Source of the DNA: Nannocystis bainbridge
GTDB taxonomy: Bacteria; Myxococcota_A; Polyangia; Nannocystales; Nannocystaceae
DNA: 64,000 nucleotides
Assembly (NCBI RefSeq): GCF_028368995.1
Contig: NZ_JAQNDL010000001.1
Span: 3,136,001 to 3,200,000, forward strand
Direction: 5' to 3'
Position 1 is the first letter of the stretch. Every line of letters starts with the position of its first letter. The notes under the pieces were generated by a model. The model saw nothing but the letters and a program-made list of their open reading frames with translations, was not told where the DNA came from and did no database searches. Of this stretch, positions 42,049 to 53,509 are shown piece after piece. The translations under genes and the position numbers were made by a program.

Positions 42049-42555
42049 TCAGGCCTCGAACTCGTACTCGGTGAAGCCGAGCTCGAAGCTGCACGCGCGC
42101 GCCGGTGCGACCGCCGTCGGCGGGCTCGCGGCGTGCTGCACCACATAAGGACCGGCCAGGCGCACCACCGCTTCGGGCGTGTGGGCGAGACCTGTCCCGA
42201 AGGTCAGACGCCTGCCGCCGCCGGGCGCGTCCGCTTGCGCGAGCAGCTGCAGCGCGGTCGCCTCCTCCGGGCCCTGCGCATACACGTCGCAGCTCGCCGC
42301 GTCGGCGGCCGTCTGTTCGACCTCGACCTCGACGCGCATCGACCAGCCGCGCCGCGTCGCCCGCCGCTGCAGATCAGCGAGCAGGTCGGCTGCCGCAAAC
42401 TCGTGCACGTCGTCGTCATCGAGCGCATCGGGCTGCGCGACCGGCAGCGCCACGCTGTAGACCGGGCAGAACAGCGCGCCCCCTAGCGGATCGCCGACGC
42501 CGAACACGCAGCGCAGCGCGAACAGCCCGGGGGCCGTGCATGGCTCTTCGGACAT
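42049..42555 (-). CDS. Hypothetical protein
   Basis: GC3-biased frame ending 3 nt before the next gene; the start overlaps a 14-bp palindrome. Confidence 0.55.
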   Translation of the reverse strand: MSEEPCTAPGLFALRCVFGVGDPLGGALFCPVYSVALPVAQPDALDDDDVHEFAAADLLADLQRRATRRGWSMRVEVEVEQTAADAASCDVYAQGPEEATALQLLAQADAPGGGRRLTFGTGLAHTPEAVVRLAGPYVVQHAASPPTAVAPARACSFELGFTEYEFEA

Positions 42556-42627
42556 GTCCCTCGGGACACCGTCATCGCGCCGGGCGGCGACCAGACGCAG
42601 TCGCATGGGACCTGTCCGAAAGGACTG

Positions 42628-42942
42628 CTAACCCTCGCCGCGCATCATCGGGCGCTTGCGCTGGCGACGCTTGCGACGGCGCTCGGCCTCACGCAGCTTG
42701 CGCTTCATCTTGACGCTCGGCTTCTCGTAGTGGCGGCGCCGCTTGATCTCGCGGAGCACGCCCTCGCTGGCCATCAGGCGGCGGAGCTTGCGGATAGCCC
42801 GCTCGACGCCACGCTCGTCGACCTTGACCTCCAGCGGGCGGCCCGTCACCGGGCGATGATCGTTCACGGTGGTGGCGGGGTTCGGGAGCGGCTCGCGGCG
42901 CTGGTTGTAGTCGGAGAACTCTTCGTCGGTTTGGCGGGCCAT
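42628..42942 (-). CDS. rpsU: 30S ribosomal protein S21 with N-terminal extension
   Basis: VERAIRKLRR..EGVLREIKRRRHYEKPS motif. Confidence 0.9.
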   Translation of the reverse strand: MARQTDEEFSDYNQRREPLPNPATTVNDHRPVTGRPLEVKVDERGVERAIRKLRRLMASEGVLREIKRRRHYEKPSVKMKRKLREAERRRKRRQRKRPMMRGEG

Positions 42943-43006
42943 GGTTGAAGGCCGCAATGGATAGGAGATCCCGCGGCGGCGGTCAAGCGGCCGGCCTGGC
43001 CGAGGT

Positions 43007-43783
43007 TCACCCGCCGGCGACACCCCCGGCGGCCGTGCGCCCGCCGTCGACGGCGATGATCTGGCCGCTGACGAAGGCGCTGCGGGCCAGAAACAGGACC
43101 GTCTCGGCGACGTCGTCGGGCGTGCCGATCCGCCCGAGCGGAATCGCGCGCACGATCCGCGCGCGGATCTCCGACCCCTCGGCGAACCGCGGATCTGCCT
43201 CCGGCCAGACCACCGTGCCCGGCGCCACCCCGTTGACCCGCACCGCCGGCGCCAGCTCGACCGCCAGCGCCTTGGTGGCCATCAGCAGCCCGGCCTTGGC
43301 CGTGCAATGGTCGAGATAGCCAGGCCAGGGCTGCATCGCCGCCACGTCGAGGATGTTGACCACCGCCCCGCGCGCCGCCGTCAGCGCCGGCGCCACCGCC
43401 CGCGTCAGCGACACCGGCGCCACCAGGTTCACCTCGAGCACGCGCCGGAGATCGTCGTCGTCGCGGGCCGCGAACTCACCGCGCTCGAAGCTCGCCGCGC
43501 TGTTGACCAGCAAATCGAGGCGACCGCCGGCGGGCCCCGCCGGGTCGAGGACCCGCGCCGCGAGCCCCTTCCGCGCCGACTCGGCCGCCAGGTCGGCCTG
43601 GATCGTGCCCACGCAGCCGGACCCTAGCGCCTCGCCGAGCGCATCCGCCGCCGTTTTGCTGCTGTGATAGTGCAACCAGACACGGTAGCCGGCGCGGGCG
43701 AGCGTGCTCGTGATCGCCCGTCCGACCCGCACGGCCCCGCCCGTCACCAGCGCGATTGGCGCCACCTGCTCGGAGTGCTCCAT
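43007..43783 (-). CDS. SDR oxidoreductase, pteridine reductase (PTR1/FolM-like)
   Basis: TGGAVRVG (GxxxRxG), LHYHSS, LVNSAASF, NILD and VRVNGVAPG; HCTAK in place of YxxxK. Confidence 0.8.
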   Translation of the reverse strand: MEHSEQVAPIALVTGGAVRVGRAITSTLARAGYRVWLHYHSSKTAADALGEALGSGCVGTIQADLAAESARKGLAARVLDPAGPAGGRLDLLVNSAASFERGEFAARDDDDLRRVLEVNLVAPVSLTRAVAPALTAARGAVVNILDVAAMQPWPGYLDHCTAKAGLLMATKALAVELAPAVRVNGVAPGTVVWPEADPRFAEGSEIRARIVRAIPLGRIGTPDDVAETVLFLARSAFVSGQIIAVDGGRTAAGGVAGG

Positions 43784-43842
43784 GACGTGGGAGAGCCTAC
43801 CGATCTCACGCGCGGGCGCCACCGCGTAACCCTCTCGCAATA

Positions 43843-43878
43843 TTGACTGTTACGATAGGTCACGCGTACGGTTTCTGC
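43843..43878 (+). promoter_or_regulatory. Putative sigma70 promoter for a leaderless merR transcript
   Basis: TTGACT (43843-48), 18-nt spacer, TACGGT (43867-72), then ATG 6 nt later. Confidence 0.5.
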
Positions 43879-44364
43879 ATGTCGGGGACGGAACGGACGC
43901 TCAGCTTGAAGGATATGTTGGCCGGAAGCGGCTGCACGCCGCGGACCGTGCGGTTTTACGAGCGTGAGGGGCTGCTGCGGGCCACGCGGACGCGCGGGGG
44001 CCATCGCGCGTTTTCGCCTACCGAGCTCGACCGGCTCAACTTCATCGTCGCGCTGCGGGAGGCCGGCTGGTCGCTGGAGGAGATCGCCGAGCTGCTGGCG
44101 ATCCGCGGCGCGGCCGCCAGCGACCGCGACGCCTGCCGGCAGCTCGACCAGACCCTGCGCGGCCGCCTCGGCGAGCTCGAACGCAAGCTGGATCTCCTCA
44201 CCCGCTTGCGCAGCGACCTCGAAGGCACTCGCAAGGCGCTCGCCGTGTGCAGCGAGTGCACCGAGGCCGCCCCGGACCGCGCCGGTTGTCTCGACTGCAA
44301 GCGGCTGCCGGAGCCGGCCGAGCTGCCGCGAGGGTTCCGCCTGACCTGGCGCGTCGACGGCTAG
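43879..44364 (+). CDS. MerR family transcriptional regulator with Cys-rich C-terminus
   Basis: TPRTVRFYEREGLL..GHRAF..GWSLEEI; C-terminal CSEC...CLDC. Confidence 0.9.
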   Translation: MSGTERTLSLKDMLAGSGCTPRTVRFYEREGLLRATRTRGGHRAFSPTELDRLNFIVALREAGWSLEEIAELLAIRGAAASDRDACRQLDQTLRGRLGELERKLDLLTRLRSDLEGTRKALAVCSECTEAAPDRAGCLDCKRLPEPAELPRGFRLTWRVDG

Positions 44365-44400
44365 TGCCTCGGCCGCGCGAACCGGGTATATCGGGGCGAC

Positions 44401-44982
44401 GTGCCCGAGCACGCCGAAGACCAGCCTGTCGAGCTCGAGCGTCGGATCGCCATCGAGCGGGCGATCGCGGCGCTGCTCGACGCTTGCGGCCTCGACCGTC
44501 GCCACAAGGACTTCACGAGCACGCCGAGCCGGGTCGCGCGCGTGTGGTCGCAGGAGTTCCTGTCCGGCTTCGCCATGGACCCGGCCAAGATCCTCGGCGA
44601 CCCCGTCGAGGGCGAGGGTGAATCGGCGCTCGTCGTGGTGCGGGGGATCCCCTTCCACGGCCTCTGTCCGCACCACCTCCTCCCCTACACCGGCACCGCC
44701 ACCGTCGCGTACCTGCCCGCCGCCAAGCTCGCGGGCTTCGGCCGGCTCGGCGATCTCGTCGCCTGCTTCACTCGCCGCCTCACCTTGCAGGAGCGAGCCT
44801 GCAACGACGTCGTCGACGCCCTGGTCGAGCACCTCGGCGCGCGCGGGGCCGGCTGCGTCATGCGAGGCCGACACACCTGCCTCAGCATCCCCGACAACAA
44901 GCACGGCGCCGAGGTCATGACCAGCTCGGTGCGCGGTGAGCTGTCGAGCCGGACCGACCTGCAGGCCCAGCTGTTCGCGTGA
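44401..44982 (+). CDS. folE: GTP cyclohydrolase I
   Basis: TPSRVAR, CPHHLLPY.G, RLTLQE, HTC and TSSVRG motifs. Confidence 0.88.
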   Translation: MPEHAEDQPVELERRIAIERAIAALLDACGLDRRHKDFTSTPSRVARVWSQEFLSGFAMDPAKILGDPVEGEGESALVVVRGIPFHGLCPHHLLPYTGTATVAYLPAAKLAGFGRLGDLVACFTRRLTLQERACNDVVDALVEHLGARGAGCVMRGRHTCLSIPDNKHGAEVMTSSVRGELSSRTDLQAQLFA

Positions 44983-45674
44983 CCGGGCTCCGCCTCTACC
45001 TCGTCCGTCACGGCGAACCCATCCGGCCCGACGTGTTCATCGGCCACGCCGACGTCGGGCTGTCGGCGCGGGGGCTGCTTCAGGCCGAGGCCGCTGCGCG
45101 GGCGCTGGCCGACGTGCCGCTCGCGGCGATCTACAGCTCCGACCTCGAGCGGGCCACGATCGGCGCCGCGCGGATCACCGCCCTCGGACCTGAGCGTCCT
45201 GCGCCGGTCATTCTCCCGGCGCTCCGCGAGATGAATCTCGGCGTGCTCGAAGGCGTGGCCTTCCGCGACGGGCGCGCCCAAGTGCCCGAGCTCGCCAGCA
45301 TCGGTTACGACGACCTCTTCGACCACCGCCTCCCGGGCGCCGAAAGCGTGCGCGACCTCGCCGAACGGGTCCTGCCCTGCATCCTCGCCCTCGTGGCTCG
45401 CCACCTGCGCGGCCCGGACGCGTCCCGCCGCAGCCCCGCCCCGGCGATCGCCGTCGTCGCCCACAACACCGTGAACCGCGTCGTCCTGGCCTGCGCCGCG
45501 GGCCTCGGGCCGGCCGGTTATCCCCGCTTCGAGCAGGCCCAAGGCGCGCTCAGCCGGGTCGATTTTCCTGCGACCTGGAGCGCGGCGGATCCGTGGGCCA
45601 CGACGCGAATCGGGCTCGTCAACTGGTCGCCGGGAGCGTCCGAGACGGGTGAGACGAACCGCCGCGCCCGCTAG
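44979..45674 (+). CDS. Histidine phosphatase family protein (CobC/PGM-like)
   Basis: LVRHGE, YSSDLERA, LREMNLG, GAES and VVAH motifs; GTGA overlap with folE. Confidence 0.88.
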   Translation: MTGLRLYLVRHGEPIRPDVFIGHADVGLSARGLLQAEAAARALADVPLAAIYSSDLERATIGAARITALGPERPAPVILPALREMNLGVLEGVAFRDGRAQVPELASIGYDDLFDHRLPGAESVRDLAERVLPCILALVARHLRGPDASRRSPAPAIAVVAHNTVNRVVLACAAGLGPAGYPRFEQAQGALSRVDFPATWSAADPWATTRIGLVNWSPGASETGETNRRAR

Positions 45675-45766
45675 AGCAATTCATGCGCGTTTGTGCCCCG
45701 CCCGGCCTACTGGCCCCCGGACTGGTGGCGGCCGGCAGCAGGGGGGGTATAAAGCAGCGTCGCCCC

Positions 45767-46483
45767 ATGCTCACGGCCAGGTCCACACCGCTGCCCGAAG
45801 TTTTGGCAGCGCTGCCGATCTTCCCGCTGCCGAACGTCGTCCTGCTGCCGGGTATGGTGCTGCCGCTCAACGTGTTCGAGCCGCGCTACTTGCAGCTCGT
45901 CGACCACGCGCTGAGTGAAGGCCAGCACATCGGCGTGCCGCTGCTGCGGCCGCGCGGCGAACGGACAGCCGAGCGCAAGCCGGCGATCGAGCCGGTGTTC
46001 GGGCTCGGCAAGCTGGTATTCCACCTGCGCCTGCCCGACGGTCGGCGGTTGATCCGCCTCGAAGGCCTCGGCCGCGTGCAGCTCGTGCGCGAGCTGTCGG
46101 GGGCCAACCTCTTCCGCGAGGCCGAGGTCGAGGCGCTGCCCGAGCCGCCCGTGTTCGACAAGCCGTCGCTGCTGCTGCTGCGCTCGCAGATCGAGCGGCT
46201 GGCCCGGCTGTCGGGCGACGACGGCGACGCGCTCGGCTCGCTGCTCGCGCTGCCCGACCCGCGGATCCTCCTCTACGCGCTGACCGCCTTCCTCCCCAGC
46301 CTCGAGCTGCTCGGCGGCCACGACGTCGCGTCCGCCGCCGCCCGCCGCGAGCTCGTCGACCTCCAGCAGCAGAGCCTGGCCGCCGACACCCCCGAGGACC
46401 GCCTCGGCTTCCTCGTCGACCGCACCGCGTTCCTCCTGCGCCGCCTCGGCGACGGCCCCGAGGCCTCGATCCTGCTCAACTAG
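45767..46483 (+). CDS. Lon N-terminal substrate-binding domain protein
   Basis: LPIFPLPNVVLLPG..LPLNVFEPRY; LPDGR. Confidence 0.88.
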   Translation: MLTARSTPLPEVLAALPIFPLPNVVLLPGMVLPLNVFEPRYLQLVDHALSEGQHIGVPLLRPRGERTAERKPAIEPVFGLGKLVFHLRLPDGRRLIRLEGLGRVQLVRELSGANLFREAEVEALPEPPVFDKPSLLLLRSQIERLARLSGDDGDALGSLLALPDPRILLYALTAFLPSLELLGGHDVASAAARRELVDLQQQSLAADTPEDRLGFLVDRTAFLLRRLGDGPEASILLN

Positions 46484-46485
46484 CG

Positions 46486-46610
46486 GACATGTCCGCCGCG
46501 ACATGCTCGATGGAGCATGTCCGCCGCGACATGCCCGCCGAAGCATGTTCTGTAGGACATCTCGCAGGACATGCCCGGAAGCTCCGCCGCTCATGCTCTG
46601 CACATGTTCG
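46486..46610. repeat. 14-bp palindrome array between convergent genes
   Basis: Junctions at 46488, 46502, 46516, 46530, 46544 and 46558, then decaying. Confidence 0.85.
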
Positions 46611-46703
46611 GAGGCTCTGTCCGCTGCGTCCGGCCGCATCGCCATGTCCGCCGCGCCCGCTGCATGCTCCGCGGGACGCCCCGCAAAGCATGAGCCCGTT
46701 CGC

Positions 46704-47789
46704 TCAGGTCACCGTGCGCAGCAGGCTGCTGCGCTTGGGCCCGGTCGCGCTGAGCTTGCTGAGGGCCAGCGCCGCGCGGGCGGCCACGTCGGTCAGGGCC
46801 TTGGCCTGCTCGCTCGCGGGCGCGCCCTCGACCACCGGCACCCCGGACTCGCCGCCGTAGGAGATCTTGTTGTCGATCGGGACCTGGCCGAGCAGGTCGA
46901 CGCCGAGCTCGCGGGCCAGCGCCACGCCGCCGCCGCTGGCGAAGATCGCGTCGTGGTGGCCGCACGACGGACACACGTAGTAGCTCATGTTCTCGACCAC
47001 GCCGACGACCGGCACCTCGAGTTTATTGAACATGTTGACCGCGCGGCGGACGTCGATGAGCGCGACCTCCTGCGGCGTGGTGACCATGATCGAGCCAGTG
47101 ATCGGGATCAGCTGGGCGAGCGAGAGCTGGGCGTCACCTGTCCCCGGGGGAAGGTCGACGATCAGGTAGTCGATCTCGCCCCACTCGACGTCCTCGAGGA
47201 ACTGCTTGAGCAGCTTGTGGATCATCGGCCCGCGCCAGACCACGGCGTTGCCGGGCTCGACGAAGAAGGCGACGCTCATCACGGGGATCCCGCGGTAGAG
47301 CGCGGGGCTGATGCGGTCGCCGGACAGGGTCGTCGAGGTCTCGCGCTCCGGCGTCCCGAGCATCTTCGGCACGCTCGGCCCGTAGATGTCGGCATCGAGC
47401 AGCGCCACCTTGGCGCCGAGGCGGTGCAGCGCCATCGCCGTGTTGACGCTGACGGTGCTCTTGCCGACGCCGCCCTTGCCGGCCGCGACCGCGAGGACGT
47501 TCTTGACCGTGGGCAGGCGGTTCAGGTCCTGGCGCGCCGGCTTCTGCGGCACCTTGAGGCCCCACTCGATCGTGCCGCGGAGGTTGCGAGCGGCCAGCGC
47601 CGCGACCACCGACGCCTCGAGGGCCTCGCGCAGCGGGAAGCCCGGCGAGATCAGATCGATCTTGAACGTCGCCTCGCCCGCCGCATCGATGCGGACGTCC
47701 GAGACCTGGTCGGCGACGATCTCGCGGCCCGTCGCCGGGTCCTTGACGCCCGACAGCGCGGCCAGCACTTGCTCCACGGTGACGCTCAT
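46704..47789 (-). CDS. apbC: Mrp/NBP35 (ApbC) Fe-S cluster carrier ATPase
   Basis: GKGGVGKST, DADIYGPS, WRGPM, DLPPGTGD and ENMSYYVCPSC motifs. Confidence 0.93.
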   Translation of the reverse strand: MSVTVEQVLAALSGVKDPATGREIVADQVSDVRIDAAGEATFKIDLISPGFPLREALEASVVAALAARNLRGTIEWGLKVPQKPARQDLNRLPTVKNVLAVAAGKGGVGKSTVSVNTAMALHRLGAKVALLDADIYGPSVPKMLGTPERETSTTLSGDRISPALYRGIPVMSVAFFVEPGNAVVWRGPMIHKLLKQFLEDVEWGEIDYLIVDLPPGTGDAQLSLAQLIPITGSIMVTTPQEVALIDVRRAVNMFNKLEVPVVGVVENMSYYVCPSCGHHDAIFASGGGVALARELGVDLLGQVPIDNKISYGGESGVPVVEGAPASEQAKALTDVAARAALALSKLSATGPKRSSLLRTVT

Positions 47790-48233
47790 GGCTTGTTCTC
47801 CTCCGCCGTCGATGTCGCGCCGAGATCCTCGTGCCGCACGAACAGATCGTAATGCGGCACGCGCTGCCGCCGCCCGTGTTCGCGCCCGTGCGCGTCGGCC
47901 GTCGCCTCGTCCATGCGCCCGTCGTAGGTCGCGCCCGGCGGCTCGTCGACCACCCGCGCGGTGAACCCTGACTCACATGGCCCGCGGGACGTGCACGCCA
48001 TCACGCCGGGCGTCGTCTCGCGGCCGAGCTCGTCGCTACGCCGGTTCGGCCGCCCCAGCGCCGCTTCGCCGCCACGCCGCGTGGAGCTGCCTGAAAGCGC
48101 GTCCGGGTCGCGCAGGTTCTGACAGGCAAACACGAGCGAAGACTGCTGCATGGCGCGGCGCCCACCTGTAACACGAGGACTTTGCTCGGCCGGCGCGCCG
48201 GCTTACAATGTCGGCGGAGCCAACGCACAGGTT

Positions 48234-48800
48234 ATGGCAGTCCTCGACATCGTCAAGTATCCCGACCAGCGGCTGCGCGAAGCGACGTTCGACGTCGGCG
48301 AGATCACCGACGACATCCGTCAGCTCGTCCGCGACCTGATCGATACGATGTATTCGCTGAACGCCGCCGGCATCGCCGCGATCCAGGTCGGGCGGCTCGA
48401 GCGGGTGTTCGTGCTCGACGGCAAGGTCCCCGCCGGCGGCGACGACAACAGCCCCCCGCTCGTCTTCATCAACCCCGAGCTGGTCGAGACCGGCAAGGGC
48501 CTCGCGGTCGCCGAGGAGGGCTGCCTCAGCTTCCCCGGCGTGTACGTCGACGTGAAGCGCCCGCGCTGGGCCAAGGTCCGCGCCCGCGACCTCGACGGCA
48601 AGACGGTCGAGGTCGACGGCGACGGCCTCCTCGGTCGCGCCCTCCAGCACGAGCACGACCACCTCACCGGCAAGCTGATGATCGACCTCGTCGGCACGAT
48701 CAAGAAAGAGGTCATCAAGCGCAAGATGAAGCGCTGGCACGCCGACCACGACGGCGAGAAGCCCGCCGCCGGCACGCCCAGCCTGCCCGAGCTCGTCTGA
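48234..48800 (+). CDS. def: Peptide deformylase
   Basis: GIAAIQVG, EGCLSFPG and QHEHDHL motifs. Confidence 0.93.
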   Translation: MAVLDIVKYPDQRLREATFDVGEITDDIRQLVRDLIDTMYSLNAAGIAAIQVGRLERVFVLDGKVPAGGDDNSPPLVFINPELVETGKGLAVAEEGCLSFPGVYVDVKRPRWAKVRARDLDGKTVEVDGDGLLGRALQHEHDHLTGKLMIDLVGTIKKEVIKRKMKRWHADHDGEKPAAGTPSLPELV

Positions 48801-49009
48801 GCCGGCCGCTGCCGAGGCTCTCGTGCACGGCCGCCCACCCGGGCGGCCGATGCTTTTTGCGCGGCTCGTGAAGGTCGGGCCTCGTGCTGTCCGACCTTCG
48901 AGCTCGTCGGGCACGTCGGCGACCGAGGCTCGCGGGTCTTCAGCATCGAGCCGGGCGGCAGTGATTTGTCGTCGCGGCCGCCCGCCGTCCGGGCGGCCTG
49001 TACCCGCCG

Positions 49010-51307
<2,298 letters not shown>

Positions 51308-51413
51308 GGGCCCGCAAGATACTCGCAGCGCCCCGGGTCGTCACGTTCTACGCGCGTACGCCGGCGCGCACGCCGGTTCGCGGGCGCGCGCAGGCCCCTA
51401 CGCGCGGCGCTCG

Positions 51414-52409
51414 CTAGCGGTCGAGCAGCTTGTGCACCTGCGTCCGCTCCCACAGCACCGCCTCGGCGTAGCGGTCGAAGAGCGCCTCTGCGCGGCGGAA
51501 CTCGGGCGTGTGATAGACCCGGCGGCCGTCGACGATCGGCATGTCGTGCACCTCGTGAAGCATCTCATGGTAGATGATCCACTCGACGAAGAAGCGCGGG
51601 ACGTCGGCGGCATCGAGCACCGGATGCACGCGGATCAGCTGCTCCTCGATCGAGTAGGAGCCGAGCTTGATCGACTCGCGCCCGGGCTTGCGGCGGGCCC
51701 GCGGACCCCAGGTGATCTTGGCCTCGATGGTGCCGCCGAAGTAGCGCGCGTTGAGGTCGTCGAACAAATCTTGCAGGTTGAAGTGCGCGCCCTGGGTGTC
51801 GAGCTGCTGCGCCCGCGGCCGCTCGGCGTCGCGGATGAGGTGCTCGTTGCCGTCGATGTAGCGGCGCAGCAGCACCCCCGCCTCGCGGTCCTGCGACTGC
51901 GCGTAGCGGGCGACCGCTCGCAGCACCGCGGGCGGAGCGGCCGCGAACATCCGGTGCATGCGCAAGGTGTAGACGCCCTGGCCGCGCTTGACCGACAGCA
52001 TGGTGTGCACGTTGTCGGTGAAGATGATGCGCGCGCGATGACCCGCCTTCAGGTAGGCCGACAGCCGCCGCTGCAGCCACTGGCGCAGCGCGTCCTCGGT
52101 GGCCGGGTCGAGCTCGCCGGCCGCCGCTCGCTCGGCCGCGGCGGTCAAGGCCTCCTCGAGGTCGTCGCCGAACTCGCCGCCGACATCGACCTCGAAGTCT
52201 TCTTCCTCGTGGCCCTCGGCGTCACGGTCGCCGCGCGAGCTCGGCGCGGGCAGCACGGCCTCGGCCGGCGGTTCGACGTCGACGAGGCGGAGCGCGGGGG
52301 CGGTGGCGGAGCGGTCGGACTTCATCGCGGCGGAGCGCCCTGCGGGCGCCTGGCGACCACGCAGGTCGGATGCGGTCGAGTCTCTCGGTGCGAGCGGCAT
52401 CATAGGCAT
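51414..52409 (-). CDS. SprT-like zinc metalloprotease domain protein
   Basis: LNARYF..ITWG..LGSY..IYHEMLH..HTPEF; start may be ATG 52325. Confidence 0.8.
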   Translation of the reverse strand: MPMMPLAPRDSTASDLRGRQAPAGRSAAMKSDRSATAPALRLVDVEPPAEAVLPAPSSRGDRDAEGHEEEDFEVDVGGEFGDDLEEALTAAAERAAAGELDPATEDALRQWLQRRLSAYLKAGHRARIIFTDNVHTMLSVKRGQGVYTLRMHRMFAAAPPAVLRAVARYAQSQDREAGVLLRRYIDGNEHLIRDAERPRAQQLDTQGAHFNLQDLFDDLNARYFGGTIEAKITWGPRARRKPGRESIKLGSYSIEEQLIRVHPVLDAADVPRFFVEWIIYHEMLHEVHDMPIVDGRRVYHTPEFRRAEALFDRYAEAVLWERTQVHKLLDR

Positions 52410-52595
52410 CGGTATCGAGGTTACGAGTTCGCGGTGATCTCGATGGGATCAACGAGCGCGATGTAGGATATCCGCCTACGCACCGGCGTCGAATTCGTGG
52501 GGGTTTGGGCCCGCCTCGCCGGTCGCGGTGCGAAATTTGATCTGTCCTGCGCGATCTGGAAAGGCCCCCCGCCACGCGGCGTACACTGCGGACGC

Positions 52596-53267
52596 ATGCA
52601 CCTGCGCGTCCTGCTCTTCGCGGGCCTCCGCGAGCGCCTCCGCCGCGACAGCGTCGACCTCGAGCTGCCCGCCGGGGCGCGCGTCCGCGACCTGCTCGCC
52701 GCCCTCGCCCGCGACCAGCCCGACCTCGCGCCCGGCCTCGCGGTCTGCCGCGTCGCCGTCGACCACGAGTTCGTGGCCGCCGACCACCCGCTCGCCGAGG
52801 GCAGCGAGGTCGCCGTCATCCCGCCCGTCAGCGGCGGCCACGACGGACCCGCCGCCTATCAATTGATCAAGGACCGCCCGCTGGCCCTGGCCGACGTCGT
52901 CGCCGCGGTCGCCCACGCCGGCGCCGGCGGCATCGACATCTTCGTCGGCAACGTCCGCGATCGCAGCCGCGGCCACGACATCGCCCGCCTCGAGTACGAG
53001 GCCTACGAGCCGATGGCGCTGCGGGTGATGCGGCAGATCGGCGCCGCGATCGAGGCCGAGACGCCGGGCGTGCGGGTGGCGATCCACCACCGCCTCGGGG
53101 TGCTGCAGATCGGCGACAGCGCCGTGATCGTGGCCGCCTCGGCGCCGCACCGCGCCGAGGCGTTCGCGGCCTGCCGCGCGGCCATCGAGCAGCTCAAGCA
53201 GGACGTGCCGATCTGGAAGCGCGAGGTCGCCACCGACGGCCTCACGTGGGTCGTGCAAGGGCCGTGA
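52596..53267 (+). CDS. moaDE: Fused molybdopterin synthase MoaD-MoaE
   Basis: VLLFAGLRE..IPPVSGG (MoaD), then F.G.VR..LEYEAY..HR..LKQDVPIWKRE (MoaE). Confidence 0.92.
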   Translation: MHLRVLLFAGLRERLRRDSVDLELPAGARVRDLLAALARDQPDLAPGLAVCRVAVDHEFVAADHPLAEGSEVAVIPPVSGGHDGPAAYQLIKDRPLALADVVAAVAHAGAGGIDIFVGNVRDRSRGHDIARLEYEAYEPMALRVMRQIGAAIEAETPGVRVAIHHRLGVLQIGDSAVIVAASAPHRAEAFAACRAAIEQLKQDVPIWKREVATDGLTWVVQGP

Positions 53268-53271
53268 TGCA

Positions 53272-53312
53272 CCTTCGGACATGTCCTGATAGACATGTCC
53301 GAATAGACATAT
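53272..53312. repeat. 14-bp palindrome array after the moaDE stop
   Basis: CAT(G) at 53280, 53294 and 53308. Confidence 0.8.
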
Positions 53313-53509
53313 CGTTCGCCCTCGCCTGCGCCCCGTAGACTTTCGCCTGGGGTCTCGACGCGATGGCCGGCCCGCGGCGACCCTCCTCCGCGACAGTGAC
53401 GCTTCGACCCGCGAGCTTCCGGCCCTCTCGCAGCGGCGGCCGGCGCGGCGGACTCGCGGGCGCGCGGGCGACCCCGACGCCCGGCCGCTGGGGTACTCTC
53501 GCCCGGCCC

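Noticed and set aside
46485-46560. GGACATGTCC equals the eukaryotic p53 half-site (RRRCWWGYYY)
   Set aside because: The context is clearly bacterial, and the match arises from the junction of two palindromic units, so it is treated as coincidence.
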